This document shows, one piece after another, positions 23,991 through 37,183 of a DNA stretch of 64,000 bases; the stretch's first letter is position 1, and the number at the start of each line of letters is the position of its first letter. The position numbers and the translations under genes are program-made. Below the pieces are notes generated by a model. It made no database searches, was not told the DNA's origin, and was given only the letters and a program-made list of their open reading frames with translations. Origin of the DNA: Heteronotia binoei (lineage: Eukaryota); the NCBI RefSeq assembly GCF_032191835.1, contig NC_083243.1, positions 182,342,001 through 182,406,000 of the forward strand, given 5' to 3'.

Positions 23991-25153
23991 ACTTTACTGG
24001 CCCAGATGGAGCTGCGGCATTTTCATGCCTATAAGCATCAACGAACCATTGAAAAGGATAAGAATTTTTCCATTCCGTTCATCTGTTCTACACAGTGTTC
24101 AACCAGATGAATGTAGGTGGTGCTTTTACCTGCTACAGACTTTATTTTACAGGCACTTTCTAATGGTACAACCATGAGCCGTCCTGCTTCATGAGTGGGA
24201 CAGATGATAATTCTATATTCTCCTGCCCACTCTCCAGCCTTCAGCGCTGGTATAGTCCCACTCAAAGAGACTCATAGTCCATACCTGTGGGTTGTATTTG
24301 AGGCTACTCCGCACACCAGTCTGTAATTGCAGATATGGGAATGGATCTCTATAGGATCCCCATCGCCCCCCAAAATACTGATGGATATCCACCTCTTTGT
24401 GAGGATGGTCATAAATCCATGCCTTTGTAGACAATATTCGTCCACTAAGGTTTTCCCTTACATGCTACTTGTCACAAGCATTGTATTTCTATACTGATCC
24501 TTTTACTAGCACTAGGAATGGAACACAGTCGTGAGTCCTGAAGTAAATTCAGCAAGGTTTGAAGAACAGTCCCTTCTATCTGTATATGGTCCCATTGTGT
24601 AGATTTTTTGAATCAAATTCTGGGCCATGTTCACGATTAGATATATAGATAGCAATCAGTGTGACTGCAATGACCCTTGCTGCATGGTCCATGGACTCCA
24701 TCTTCACAAGAAGAGCCTGAGGAACTTTGAACATCATTTGAGGAAGAGCAGGGAAGACAAGGATATGCCTTCACCATGGCAGCCTCTCAACCCTGACCCA
24801 AGAGCTCCAGTGATCATTATTGAGGAGGCACCACCACCAGATCATTCAGCTGCCCTGCCAGATCCTGGGTCAGCTGTGTTAACCTGTACCCTCCAGGTTT
24901 CTCCCCCATCCAACAGGATCAGCAGTGCCGGACTAGCAGGCCATGTTCCAGCCAGTATGCCAGTTCATTGCTTTAGCTGATTTAATGCGTTGCAGGATTC
25001 TGATCATATTAGGACCTAGCCAAGTGAATGCCAGAAGCTGTCTTCATAACAACTGGGGCTGCTTCTCTCCAGCCTATCAAGCTAAGGGTGAGGCAGGGAG
25101 CTTTGCTGGATCACCCAGTTTGCAAGGCCACTAGTACCCCAGACCCAAGTCCA

Positions 25154-26556
25154 CAGTCCTGGGACTGGGGGTGCCTGCGCCCCTAGGCCAATCCTCGATC
25201 TCCGCCCCCCCCAGTATGATATTCCTGCACATGCCAATGACATCATAACTGCTGCCCCTGTCATCATTTCTGCTGCCCCTGTCAAGCCCAACGCGGGTTT
25301 TCCCGCCACCCCCAGAGACGGCTGTGCAGGGCCAAGGGCAGGTCCTGCCGCAAAAATAGGAGTAGTGAACAGAAACTGTAAATAGCCACAGGGGTCCATG
25401 GGGGGGGGGAGTCCAACGTTGTAATAAGTTTACAACTTTTATGAGAGGACCAAATGAAACACCACAACCCGACTTCACTAGATCTCTTCTTCAGGACCCC
25501 CTCCACCTTCTCCTGTGGTGGCTCTGCAGCACTTTCGCATCTGCTTTAGGGACTCTGCCCAGCGACCAGCTGGCCACCCCGCACTGCCTTCTGCTTCCAT
25601 GGCACCCTGGAAGCTGCTCTTCCTCCAGCTCCATGCTCCTTGTGCACCCAGCTGACTCTGCCCTCTGATGGAGCCACGGCACAGGCCTCACCCACTGCAA
25701 CCCAGAAGGAGAACCACCAGGTCGCAGTGGATGTTTTTAAAAAAACTTTTTAAAACTCCTTTTTTAAAACTCCTTTTGCTGCTGGCAAAACAATAGAAAT
25801 GCCCTTATGAAGTGTGCCTGCACCGAAAGCTTGCATTCTGAATAAAACTTTGTTGGTCTCAAAGGTGTGACTGGATTCCAACTGAGCGCCTGAGGAGCAT
25901 GGAGCTGGAGGAAGAGTGGCCAGTGCCAGGGAAGCAGAAGGCAGTGTGGGGTGGCCGGCTGGTTGCTGGGCAGAGACTCTAAAGCAGGCGGAGTAGTGCT
26001 GCAGAGCCACTGCGGGAGAAGGTGGAGAGGGGCGGAGAAGGAAGCATCATCTGATTTGTGCACAGCAGACCCCCATCTCCAACATTTCCCCTTGGAATGA
26101 ATCCCCCTTGGAATCCCCAACATTTCCCCTTGGAAATGAACACATCATCATTTCTGCCACCCCCACTGAGCCCAACGCGGGTCCTGCCGCCCCCAGAGAT
26201 AGCTGCATGGGGCTGAGGGTGGCTGGATGGGGCTGGGTGGCCACAGGAGGTTCCTCCTGAGGGCAGCTGGACAGGTTTGTGGCATGCTGAACTCCCCTCT
26301 TCCCCCTGCATGGTCAGTGCTTGGTGCGGCCTTCCGGCTGGGCTCTGCCCCACTATCGGGCTTCCATTTCACTCCCGGAGGAATGCTAAAGGCACGGGAG
26401 GGCAGCGGAAGGTGGCAGCACAGGGAGATGGATGGTGACGAGCACGGGGAGATGGGCAGTGGTGGGCGCAGGGAGAGGGGGTGCCTCATGACGCCCCTAG
26501 GCCGAGTGGCACCCTAGGCAACCGCTGACTTGGCCTACTCCCACGCGCTGGCCCTG
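25154..26556. mobile_element. Non-autonomous hAT element with internal inverted arms
   Basis: Exact 8-bp TSD CAAGTCCA at 25146-25153 and 26557-26564. Right TIR gctggccctg; left TIR degenerate (cagtcctggg). Confidence 0.72.
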
Positions 26557-27699
26557 CAAGTCCAGACCTTTGCCAAGCTTTTGTCCTTGCTTTTGATGAG
26601 ACTAGCAGGCTCAGATGCAGCAGTGACAAAGATTCAGAAAAAGAAAGAGATCCTGATGGTGGATGGGGAAATATTTCTTTAAATGAGAATAAAATCTCCG
26701 GCATTTGTTTATTAACATTTTTCCCGTTTGCCCACCTACAAAATGAATGGAATAAAAATTAATTGTCATTTATGCAAATTGCTCTTTGCACAGTCACAAA
26801 AGCCGAGAACTTCTCCATCTTATTCTTGACTGTCTCACAGAGCCAGAAAATAAAGAGCAACAACAAAAGTGATAGTAACCATCTATCTATATGTAGCCTA
26901 ATATTTTCCTTTTGCAGGCACATTTGGTGTGTCCTGCAATAGCCTTGAGACCATTAGCACACAAATTGCTTTCTCTCTAACAGTGCTTCCATCTCTGCTC
27001 AAGAAAATAAGACGCATTTATTTTGCAATTTCACTTTTTAAATTAAACTCTCATACACTTCCTTAGGTTAGTGTGTAGCTTTTCATTGTTGAGGCAGTTC
27101 TTGGTCTTTTCTGTTCCTTCTTCATAAATATCAAAGCAAAAGCAAATGAACTGAAGTACTGTTCAGCATTTCTAAGCAACAGCCTTCTACCACCACGATC
27201 TCTCAATCTGAGTGAAACATAAGCCCTTATCTGTGACACCCTATTTGGTCAATAGCAAGTGACAATATAAAAAAAAAAACCTGGGACATCCAACTGTTAT
27301 CAAAAAGAAGGTAATATAGCTGTGTCAAAGTAAAATTTGTCTAGCACTAAGGCTGTGGAAGCGCAAGTGCTATGTACAAACAATAGGTAAAGAGACAGCC
27401 ACTTTAACTATTTCTGACTCCAACCCATAAATCAGACTACCGCACAAGAAGATTGCATAGTAGTATGGTCCAACGTTTATGTCAGTGGGCTGATGGTAAA
27501 GAAAAAAAGCTGCAAAAGGGTCAGCTCATGTGTGTTATGAAAACACACTGCCATTCCCGAAGCCTTAATCAACAGCTGAATTTCATTGCGAGGATTTCTC
27601 AACCCATGTATCAGTGGTAAATTAAGCCTTTGCATACCAAATATAAGGGACAGTACACCCCTTTTTGTCTTGCTTTCCAAACGGAGGGAAGGCATTTAA

Positions 27700-27900
27700 A
27701 AGGAAAGTGCCATCGAGTTGCGGCCAACTTATGGTGATCCCATAGGGTTTTCGAGGCAAGAGACATTTCAGAGGTGGTTTGCTAATGCTTCGGCATTAGC
27801 AACCCTGGTATTCCTTGCTGGTCTCTCATACTGACCAGAGTTGACCCTACTTAGCGTCCACGATCTGGTAAGTTTGGGTTAGCCCGGGGCATCCAGATGA
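27700..27900 (-). mobile_element. 5S rRNA-derived SINE (SINE3-like)
   Basis: ggtctctcatactgaccagagttgaccctacttagcgtccacgatctgg resembles the reverse complement of the 5S rRNA internal promoter region. The body matches 7005-7220. Confidence 0.65.
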
Positions 27901-28133
27901 TAAAAAATTAGAAAAGTATCACATAGGAGGAAGAAATCTCTGGAAGCTGGCTGTGAATTCCAGGATCCAAGTTAGAGTTCACTGTAGGTCCAGAGAGGGT
28001 CTCAGACTCATATTATATTAAGGCTACCAGGTCTCTTGTTCTGGTGAGACACCTTCACTAGCAGCCTTTGGTAGCCCAGCAAGGGGAAATGGGGAAGGGG
28101 GGGGGGAGGGTTGGCCATTGCCAGCAACATGAC

Positions 28134-28647
28134 TAGGGTTGCCAAGTTCAATTCAAGAAATATCTGGGGACTTTGGGAGCGCAGCCAGGAGACTTTGGGG
28201 GTGGAGCCAGGAGCAAGGTTGTGACACATAATTGAACTCCAAAGGGAGTTCTGGCCATCATACAAGACTGCACACCTTTTAAATGCCTTTCCTCCATTTA
28301 GAAATAATGGATAGGGGCACCTTCTTTTGGTACTCATAGAATTGGACTACCTGGTCCAATCTTTTTGAAACTTGGAGGGTATTTTGGGGAGAGGGACTGG
28401 ATGCTATGCTGACAATTTGGTGCCTCTATCTCAGAAAACAGCCCCCCCCCCAAGAGCCCCAGATACCCATGGATCAATTCTCCATTATATTCATTGAGAA
28501 TTGGTCTCCATGGGGAATAATGGAATAAACTTATCCCATAGGGTTTTCAAGGCATTTTCTCCCCCCCACTTTCTGATGACCCTGAAGCAGGGGGAGGGCC
28601 TCCAAACTGGGGAATCCCCTACTCCCATCTGAGGATTGCCAACCCTA
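28134..28647. mobile_element. hAT MITE (TAGGGTTGCC family)
   Basis: TIRs tagggttgccaa / ttgccaacccta. Exact 8-bp TSD AACATGAC. Confidence 0.92.
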
Positions 28648-28732
28648 AACATGACTTGGAAGTAATATCACTGCATTGTTGGTAACATCATGTCATAGGT
28701 GGAGAGCTGGTAGGTCTCCACACCCTAAAGTA

Positions 28733-29239
28733 CCTACCATACCATACCAAACCTTTAATGGCATAACAGTTGCAATAAAAATACACAGAATATAAAAATT
28801 TAAACATTGGAGATAAAATCAAAATGAAACTGAGCTTACAGATGCATTCATACATGGTCAGATTTAAATTTAAGGATATCAGCCAAAAATTTTGCCACAA
28901 GCTAGCTAACCTCCCCCTCAGTATTGTTCAATAAATAATAACAGGTTGGCAGCATAGACAAATCTGGGGAGAAAGAAAGCTTGCAAAATAAATCTTTACG
29001 GAGATTATGATAAAAGGAATAATCAAGCAATATATGCTGAATTGAGTCAGGAATATTCGCTCCACAGGAACAGAGTCTGTTGCCTAAAGGGACGCGATAA
29101 GAACATAAGAGAAGCCATGTTGAATCAGGTCAATGGCCCATCCAGTCTAACACTCTGTGTCACACAGTGGCCAATATATATATATATATTGAATCAGGTC
29201 AATGGCCCATCCAGTCTAACACTCTGTGTCACACAGTGG

Positions 29240-29313
<74 letters not shown>

Positions 29314-31330
29314 AACCTGACTGCTCAGCAATTTCATTGAATGCCCACGAGTTCTTGTATCGTGAGAAAGGGAGAAAAGTACTTCTTTCTCTACTTTCTC
29401 CATCCCAAGCATAATCTTGTAAACCTCTATCATGTCACCCCGCAGTCGACGTTTCTCCAAGCTAAAGAGCCCCAAGCATTTTAACCTTTCTTCGTAGGGA
29501 AAGTGTTCCAAACCTTTAATCATGCTAGTTGCCCTTTTCTGCACTTTTTCCAATAATATAATATCCTTTTTGATGATATTTCCCTTGTAAAACTTTGGAG
29601 GGAAACACATTTAGTCTAGCCAATATAAATGCCCTGCGACAACTTGGAATGGTTATGTCTGATAGATAATAGGGCATTTTTCCACAGAAAGCATAAAGAC
29701 CTAAGGAAGCTGGGGAGCAAATATAAGGGTCTGTTGGCCGTAGTTTTGTTTCCTCCAACTCCCACAGTCTCAATTTAATACATCTGAAGATATATGACTC
29801 ATCAGAAGTAAGAAAATCATCAACCTCTATCCCCAACTGGTTAAGTTTGGACATAAGCACTGCTATCCAGGATGAAATATATGGGTCTCTTTTCATACAA
29901 TCAAGAAGGCTGTTAGGATCTGTTCTAAAGTGAATTTTGTGCCCGAATTTAAACACTGCAATCCAGGCTTTTGTCTCCACCATAGACTGACCCACTTCAG
30001 AGCAGAGAGCAAAGTAGGACACACATTTTGGCATACCAAGAATTTGTCTAAAGAATGAGGCTTGAATGCCCTCCACTTTCCTGGTAAATGCTGAGATCCA
30101 TACAGGGATACCATAGAGAATTTGGGCTAGCGTTTTAGCTTTGAACACCTTAATCGCTGCTGGAACTAACTGGTTGCTCCTTGCAAAGAAAAACTGTTTA
30201 ATTTGAGCAGCCGAACATTTAGCCAAGTTGACGGTGTTGTTACGACGTGAAACCCAGTTTAACTTGTGATTAAAAGTGATCCCCAAGTATTTAAAAAATT
30301 TTGTTTGCTCAATTGTTGAGTTGCCAATAAACCATCTCTGTGGGCGCCAGCAATTTGATAAGGCAACTACTTTAGATTTGGCATAATTGCTAGAGAGTGA
30401 ATTACAATTACAGTAGTCATAGAAGGCATTCAAATACCTTTGCAGGCCCACACTTGTGCAAGAGAGGGTGGTAGTATCATCGGCATAAAGTAATAAGGGG
30501 ACCACTCGGCCTGCTAGTTTAGGCGGATGACCATTAATAGGGTTCAAAAATTGTACCAGGTCAGTTAAAGATAAATTTAAAAGATGCGGGGCCAGCACGC
30601 AACCTTGTTTAACCCCCTTTAACATTAAGATTTTGCTAGTCAAGTCACCACTAGGAGAAAATTTCACTTGGCAAAAAGTATTGGAATGAAGTTTCCTCAA
30701 GAGAAACAGCAGAGGAGGGTCCATTCCCAGCTAACCTAGCTTAATCCATAGTTGGGCTCTATCTATTGAATCAAATGTGCCCTTCAAGTCGATGAAGGCT
30801 GCATATAATTTTTTTATCCCGGTATGCATATATTTTTCATCAAGGAAGGCCAGAGTGCAGCAATGGTCCATAGCAGATTTGCTTTTGGAGAAGCCAATTT
30901 GTTCAGGACCTATGATGTTGCCTAGGTGCATCCAGTCAGTTAATCGGAGTTCTAAATGTTTGGCATACAATTTGCCCACAATAGATAATAAACTAATGGG
31001 TATTTTTCTTGTAACTCCAATCCTCCCTTTTTGTAAATTGGGATAATTATAGAATCAAGCCAAGAGTCTGGGATGGAGCCATACAGATCAATGAAAGAGA
31101 ACAATTTTGCAAGGGGCAAGAGCCACCAATCAGCAAACTTTGTGAATACCTCAGCGGGAAGGCCATCAGGGCCTGGTGCTTTACCTGCTTTTAAATCCTT
31201 CAATAAATCACTGATTTCCTCTAGAGTTACTGGAGGCCAGACCAGCATATCAGTAACTGTGGGGTTTGCTAAAATAGGAGGGGATAACCCTAACCCTAAT
31301 CCTAGAGTACCTATTTGGAACTAAAAATTA
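28733..31330 (-). mobile_element. RTE-X-like LINE, 5'-truncated, with RT and C-terminal Cys/His motif
   Basis: ORFs 30952-31248 (KAPGPDGLP), 30731-30979 (EQIGF..FIDLKGTFDS) and 29525-30724 (GVKQGCVLAP, LLYADD). Beyond the nested CR1 it resumes RVPLGNRLCSCGANIPDSIQHILLD. Tail (TATGG)n. Confidence 0.82.
29099..29572 (-). mobile_element. CR1 3' fragment nested in the RTE-X-like LINE, with a tandemly duplicated tail block
   Basis: ORF 29194-29610 (LEKVQKRATSMIKGLE). The block tgaatcaggtcaatggccc...ggccaa(ta)n starts at both 29121 and 29190. Confidence 0.93.
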
Positions 31331-31399
31331 AGAACTAAGTTAATTAAATTACCAGGAGATGCCAGGGACTGAAGCTGACCTCCTTTCCTGCTGATTCAT

Positions 31400-31835
31400 G
31401 AGCTTCCCCCTCCCCAGTAATATCCAGGTGCCTTCTGATAGTGAGCAGGCTTATCAGTCCTTCCTCCTCCACATGCAAAGCAACACAGGAAAGCACCTTA
31501 TCTGGGTGGAAAGTTTTTCTAAGTGGGGGCTCATAATCAGTTCCACAGGGCCTGCAAAACCATCCTCTTTCAAATGGCCTTCAAGACGGAATCCTGAAAT
31601 AACATCCAGCCATCTGATATGCATCTGATATGTCTTGCATTATAGCACCTTAATTGTAATGGTTTTAATGGCGGGGAGGGCGGGATATAAATAAAATGTG
31701 TTGTTGTTGTTGTTGTAATTAATTTATTTATTTAATGTATTTTATTGTATAATGTATTGCTGTAATCATGGCACTTTCCATGTCTGTGAGCCGCCCTGAG
31801 CCTGCCTCGGCGGGGAGGGCGGGATATAAATAAAA

Positions 31836-31885
<50 letters not shown>
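31400..31885 (+). mobile_element. L2 3' end with duplicated terminus and (ATT)n tail
   Basis: cagttccacagggcctgcaaaacc. ggcggggagggcgggatataaataaaa occurs twice, followed by (TTG)n and (ATT)n. Confidence 0.75.
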
Positions 31886-31886
<1 letters not shown>

Positions 31887-32524
31887 AAGGGGAGGTCAAG
31901 GCAGGGGGGAGGTGGAGGAGGAAGGTGAAGGTGGCAAGTGATCATGGATTTGGCTCACCCTGCGAGGGGATGGAGAAGGGCTCCAGAGGCTGTCAGCCAG
32001 CCAGTGGAAGCTCAAAATGGAGTTAGGCAGAGGAGGAGGGTGAAGACGACAAGCGGCCATAGGGTTGATGCCTGAGGAGGTCTCCCCCAGGGAGGGCACC
32101 GAGTGGGGCTCTGGAGGCCGCCAGCCAGCCAAGAGGCACCACGGAAAGGGTGACCAGAACTGAGTCAGTGTCTGTGTTGGCTCCTCATCCCACCTGAGTC
32201 TACACCATGGCCAAGATGTCACGTCTTCTCCCAAGGGAGCAGCTGTGCAACCATGGCAGCTCAGAGTTTGTGGTGGGCACATTAGGCTCGCTGCTGTGGT
32301 GTTGACTGCTTCCACCAGAGCCCGGTGTCCCAGAGCTGCACTGCTGGGTGGCTTGATGAGCTGAGGAGTGATGGTGGTGACTGCCACCCCTTGCGAAAAC
32401 CCGGGTAGGCATGCTGTTGTCGGCTTAGGGGGCCTGGGCTAGATGGAAAGTTGTGGGGCCTTGGGAATAAATTGGGGGACTGGGCCCTGAGAAGCCCCAC
32501 CAAAGCTACAGGCCTGCTGCCCAA

Positions 32525-33042
32525 TAGGCTTCCCAATCCCCAGGTCCCAGAGGGGGATCCCCCGGTTTTACAGGCTTTCCCCCTCCCCCAGCCAGCTGGC
32601 TGGCGGGGGAAGCCCCACCCCCATTGCCATCATGCACCTCCATGAATGATTCCCATAGGGAATTATGAGGAATTGATCCATGGGTATCGGGGGCTCTAGG
32701 GGGGCTGTTTTTTGAGGTAGGGTTGCCAAATTTTCCATATACCATCTAGTGCCTCTCCCCAAAATACCTTCCAAGTTTCAAAACGATTGGACCAGGGGGT
32801 CCAATTCTATGAGCCCCAAAAGAAGGTGCCCCTATCCTTCATTATTTCCTATGGAAGGAAGGCATTTAAAAAGGTGTGCTGTCCCTTTAAATGTGATGAC
32901 CAGAACTCCCTTGGAGTTCAATTATGCTTGTCACACCCTTGTTCCTGGCTCCACCCCAATGTCTCCTGTCTCCACCCCCAAAGTCTCCTGGCTCCACCCC
33001 CAAAGTTCCCAGATATTTCTTGATTTGGACTTGGCAACCCTA
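32525..33042. mobile_element. hAT MITE (TAGGGTTGCC family), opposite orientation to 28134-28647
   Basis: TIRs taggcttcccaa / ttggcaacccta. Exact 8-bp TSD CTGCCCAA. Confidence 0.9.
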
Positions 33043-33557
33043 CTGCCCAATGACTCTACTGCTCTCCATTTTCCTTCCCTTTTCTTTCCACTTTATTCCC
33101 CCATGCGCACACTTGAGTTGTAGTGGAGGAACTGATCTTTGGGGATTTTTTTTCCTGGGCTGCTCTTTTGTGGAGGCTTCAACTTAGTTCTTTGCAAATT
33201 TATCCCCACTGTAGTAGCACATCATGGAAGACAATTGTAATCTCAAGGAGATGCGGTGAACCACAGGTTTCTCTCTGTGTGCCTAGATTGCTCTGTGACA
33301 GCACCAGGCTCCTCTTTGAGGACTAAGGGAAGTGCACACCAGGTGTCGGAATATGGGGAATGCATCACTTTCTCAGCCTTGGAGCAGACTCCAACTGAAA
33401 GCTAGGCACTAGATTCTCTCTCTCTCTCACTCACTCACACACACACACACACACAGAGCTCAGACCAGGTTGCAGGATGGTGCTGAGCACTTTGGCTGAC
33501 ACCCAGGAATCTACTTGCTGCTATTGTTGGGGTTCCCACAGCTGAAAGGGGCTCTTT

Positions 33558-33845
33558 AGAGAGCCAGTTTGGTGTAGTGGTTAAGTGTGCGGACTCTTAT
33601 CTGGGAGAACCGGGTTTGATTCCCCACTCCTTCACTTGCACCTGCTGGCATGGCCTTGGGTCAGCCATAGCTCTGGCAGAGGTTGTCCTTGAAAGGGCAG
33701 CTGCTGTGAGAGCCCTCTCCAGCCCCACCCACCTCCCAGGGGGTCTGTTGTGGGGGAGGAAGGGAAAGGAGATTGTGAGCCACTCTGAGACTCTTCCGAG
33801 TGGAGGGCAGGATATAAATCCAATATCATCATCATCTTCTTCTTT
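33558..33845 (+). mobile_element. Gecko-type SINE, monomeric
   Basis: Full head-to-tail copy ending in (ATC)/(TTC) repeats. Confidence 0.9.
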
Positions 33846-35016
33846 ATTATTCTCTGTTTATGTTGGTAATTTATGCAGAATAAAACTGTTTTTGTTCTAC
33901 CACTGGCATGTGCATTGCTTTTCAAATCCCTAGAGGAAAAAAAAATACCACTTGCCTCTTGTCACCCCCCGCCCCCCCCCCCCCCCGCCCACACACACAC
34001 AGGACTAGTTTTTGTTTTGCTGCAATCTGGGTTTGTCTTGACTTTAGTGTGGGAGTGGGTAAAAAGTCGGAACTAGATGATTTTAGGAGCATCCTCGTGA
34101 ATTCATATGATTTTTTACGTTGAAACGAAGTAAAACTGTAATCATACTATAAACCACAAAACCATTCCTCCACTGCTTCACGGGCCCACAGTGGCACAAA
34201 AAAGTAGTTCTTGTCTATGGATCTTTGTTATTTTTGTACTAGATCATCCCAAACTCACCATCAAACCACATATCATGTCCATGGGTACAGTTTGCACCAC
34301 AAATATCGCCACATCTCTGGGTTCGTGGCACCCCCACAGAGCAAAAACATTGGTTCTAAAGCATGGATCCAGATGGAACCTCAGGGAACTTGGAGTGCAT
34401 CACCCCAAACTCACCATCAAATCATGTATCATGTCTATGGCCATGGCTTGCATCACAAAAATCACATATCCATGGCTTTGGTCACCCCATATTCATTATC
34501 CATCTACCACCAGGTCATAAGCTCCCAGCCATAGCCACCATCTCCACTGTCTGCAAGCAAAGTGATTACAGGGCAAGGCCAACTCCACCCATGGTGCCAT
34601 GGAATGTCAAGCCACATCATGGCTCCTCCCCCCTCATTCCATTTCCACTTCTCCACCAGGTCATAGGTTCTCATCCAGAGCTGTCATTTCTCCCGTTTGC
34701 TTGCAAGGTGATCACAAGGTAAGGCCAGCTCTGCCTGTTGTGCCATGAGTGGTCAGGCTGCATCATGGGTCCTCTACTATCTTCCATTTCCACTTCCATA
34801 ATTGCCAGCCAGGAAGGTCACAGGTTCCTATCCAGAGCCACCATGACATCTCCCCCCTCTGCATAGAGGAAGGGCTGGACCATGGAGACAGTGCCACCTG
34901 CAACTGTGCAGGTGATGTTGGGGCCCCAGGCAGGATAGGAGGGTTGGCTGTACCTAGAAATCACCTTGCCCATGTCAGTGGGTGAGGGGAAGATGGTTCT
35001 GGGGAGATCCAGCCAC

Positions 35017-35336
35017 TGTTAGATATGTAAAGTAGCAGAGATAAAGAATACACAGTGACACCAGGATATATTAGCTTTAAAGAAACTTACTAATGAGGGA
35101 AGGACTTACTAGGAGTTGAAAGAAACAAAACAATGTAGGATAACATCCTGACTGACGGCTCTAACGTACGTCTTTCTCCTAAGACTTCTAAATCTCATGT
35201 GTGGGAAGACTAAGAATGAAGGGCCATAAATGGACTCTCAGTCCTTACTCTCCAGTCTAACTCCAATGTATTGATTACCCAACTGGAGAACCCCAGTACT
35301 AACTAATTATGCATTTTGTCACCTAGCTCTGGCAAC
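35017..35336 (-). mobile_element. Possible solo LTR
   Basis: Termini tgttag...gcaaca (TG...CA). No TSD found. Confidence 0.35.
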
Positions 35337-35394
35337 AAATGCAGGCTCTACCGTTGGGTCCCTAAACTTTAACTAGCTGAGACCCTGTTTGACA

Positions 35395-36000
35395 CCCTTA
35401 TTGGCAGCAATCTTCGATGTTAGGTTGCCTGCTAATGAGCATTTGATCCGGCAGGTGGTAGAAGTGTGTAATCTCTTAATAAGCATAAAGAGTCTTTTAT
35501 CCATGTTTAGTTTATCTAGCTTAATCCAGAGGAGGTCCCTGTCAAGAGATCAAGTTACAGAATACCCGAGCACGGGCCTTTTCAATAGCGGCCCCCACTC
35601 TATGGAATCAGCTTCCTGAGGAGGTGCGGGCCCTGCGGAACCTTGACCAGTTCCGCAGGGCCTGCAAGACTGCCCTCTTTAAACAAGCATACACCGACTG
35701 CTGAGTTGCTGTTAATTTAAGGATCCGCCAACATGGTCCTATCCAAGGACCTATGTCATTACGGAATTAATTACACTGGCAGAAATTAGCGTCAGAATGC
35801 CATCATTGCTGCCAGATTAAACTAATTTATGAATTTTAATGTATTAACGGGTTTTTATGATGTTAATTTGAATTTTACTGTTAAATTTAAAGTTTTGTAT
35901 TTATTATTATATATGGAATATGTTGTTAGCCGCCCTGAGCCTGCCAAGGCGGGGAGGGCGGGATACAAATAAAAAAAAAATTACCTTTACCTTACCTAAC
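35395..36000 (+). mobile_element. L2 3' end with (ACCTT)n tail
   Basis: cgggccttttcaatagcggcccccactctatggaatcagcttcctgaggaggtgcgggcc (RAFSIAAPTLWNQLPEEVRA). Terminus gttagccgccctgagcc. Confidence 0.85.
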
Positions 36001-36190
36001 TGAATCAAATTTGCCTTTTAAAACTAAAAAAGCAACAAATAATTTCTGGTTATTATGCACAGTGTACTTGTTGACTAGATGGGATAGGGTAATGCAGTGG
36101 TCTAAAGTGGCCTTCCCTTTGCAGAAGCCCAATTGTTCTTTCATGGCTTCAGGCAGGAAACTTGAAAATCCCAACACCACTTGCAATCCT
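36001..36190 (-). mobile_element. RTE-X-like RT fragment
   Basis: EQLGFCKGKATLDHCITLSHLVNKY..KLFVAF aligns by eye with ORF 30731-30979. Confidence 0.7.
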
Positions 36191-37183
36191 GAGAATGGCT
36201 CCTGAGTCCTACGCAGAGCAGGAAGCCCTGCTCAGCAATCCCCTTGACCGTGTCAGTGAGTGATGGGAGGGTGGGCCTGGGGAGACGCTGCCACTCACAA
36301 CTAAGCAGGTGGCTCTCAGACCCCAGCAGGGTGGGAGAGTTGGCCCTGCCTTTAGTTTGCTGTGCCAGCCAGTGGGAGAGTGGACCCATGGATACCCAGA
36401 CATTAACAACTTTATGGTCACATAGAGTCCATTCTGTCTATTCTATGGCCCAGAAACCACAATTGACACCATTTTCTCAGAAAGCACTTTGCTGGGGGTG
36501 TCTTCTTTGGTAGGCTGTAACTCATACCCACCAAGTCAGGGCTTATACGGGGGCATCTCAAGGAGGTATGCTGTGAATTTGAAGCCTCCAGCATACACAA
36601 GGCCCATTCTGTAGGCTCCTGAACCCATGCTTGACATCTCGCCAAAAACACTTTCCTTGGGGCACCTTGTTTGGGATTTATAGCTAAGTCCAATTCACAC
36701 ATAACTTATAGGACATGTAGAGAGGGGCATCCTGGGAAGGTGCATCTTGAGTTTGATGCCTCTAGTTCACACGAAGTCTATTTCATACCCTCCTAAACTG
36801 GTGCCCAGCATCTCCCTAAAAAGCATTTTCCTGGGGGCACCTTGTTTTGGGGTCCATAAATCAGATCCCTCAAGTTCAATCTTCATCAAACTTGATGGAC
36901 AGGTAGAGGTGAGTCAGATGCCCTGCAGTTTAGGAGCCCCCCAATCTCAAAGTTTGGGAACCAAACTGATGTGCAAACCTTGCTGGTTCAGGGTTCGGGT
37001 TTGCAAACCGGTTCAGGACATGTTGCCAAAAACTTTCCTGTCTATCCATACTGTCTATACCCTTTGGTTCCAAATGTTTAATTGATTTTTAAAATTATCT
37101 AAATATGACCTCAAAGACAATAAACATTAATGGATGTAGCATTCAAACTGAGTGAAGAAAAATATGATTATTTAAAAATGATG

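Noticed and set aside
26652-26669. PDGGWG, the SLC16/MCT N-terminal signature
   Set aside because: It is not followed by the W and hydrophobic TM1 helix, and there is no supporting exon structure. Likely chance.
27820-27900. 5S rRNA gene
   Set aside because: The match is partial, diverged and attached to a SINE body.
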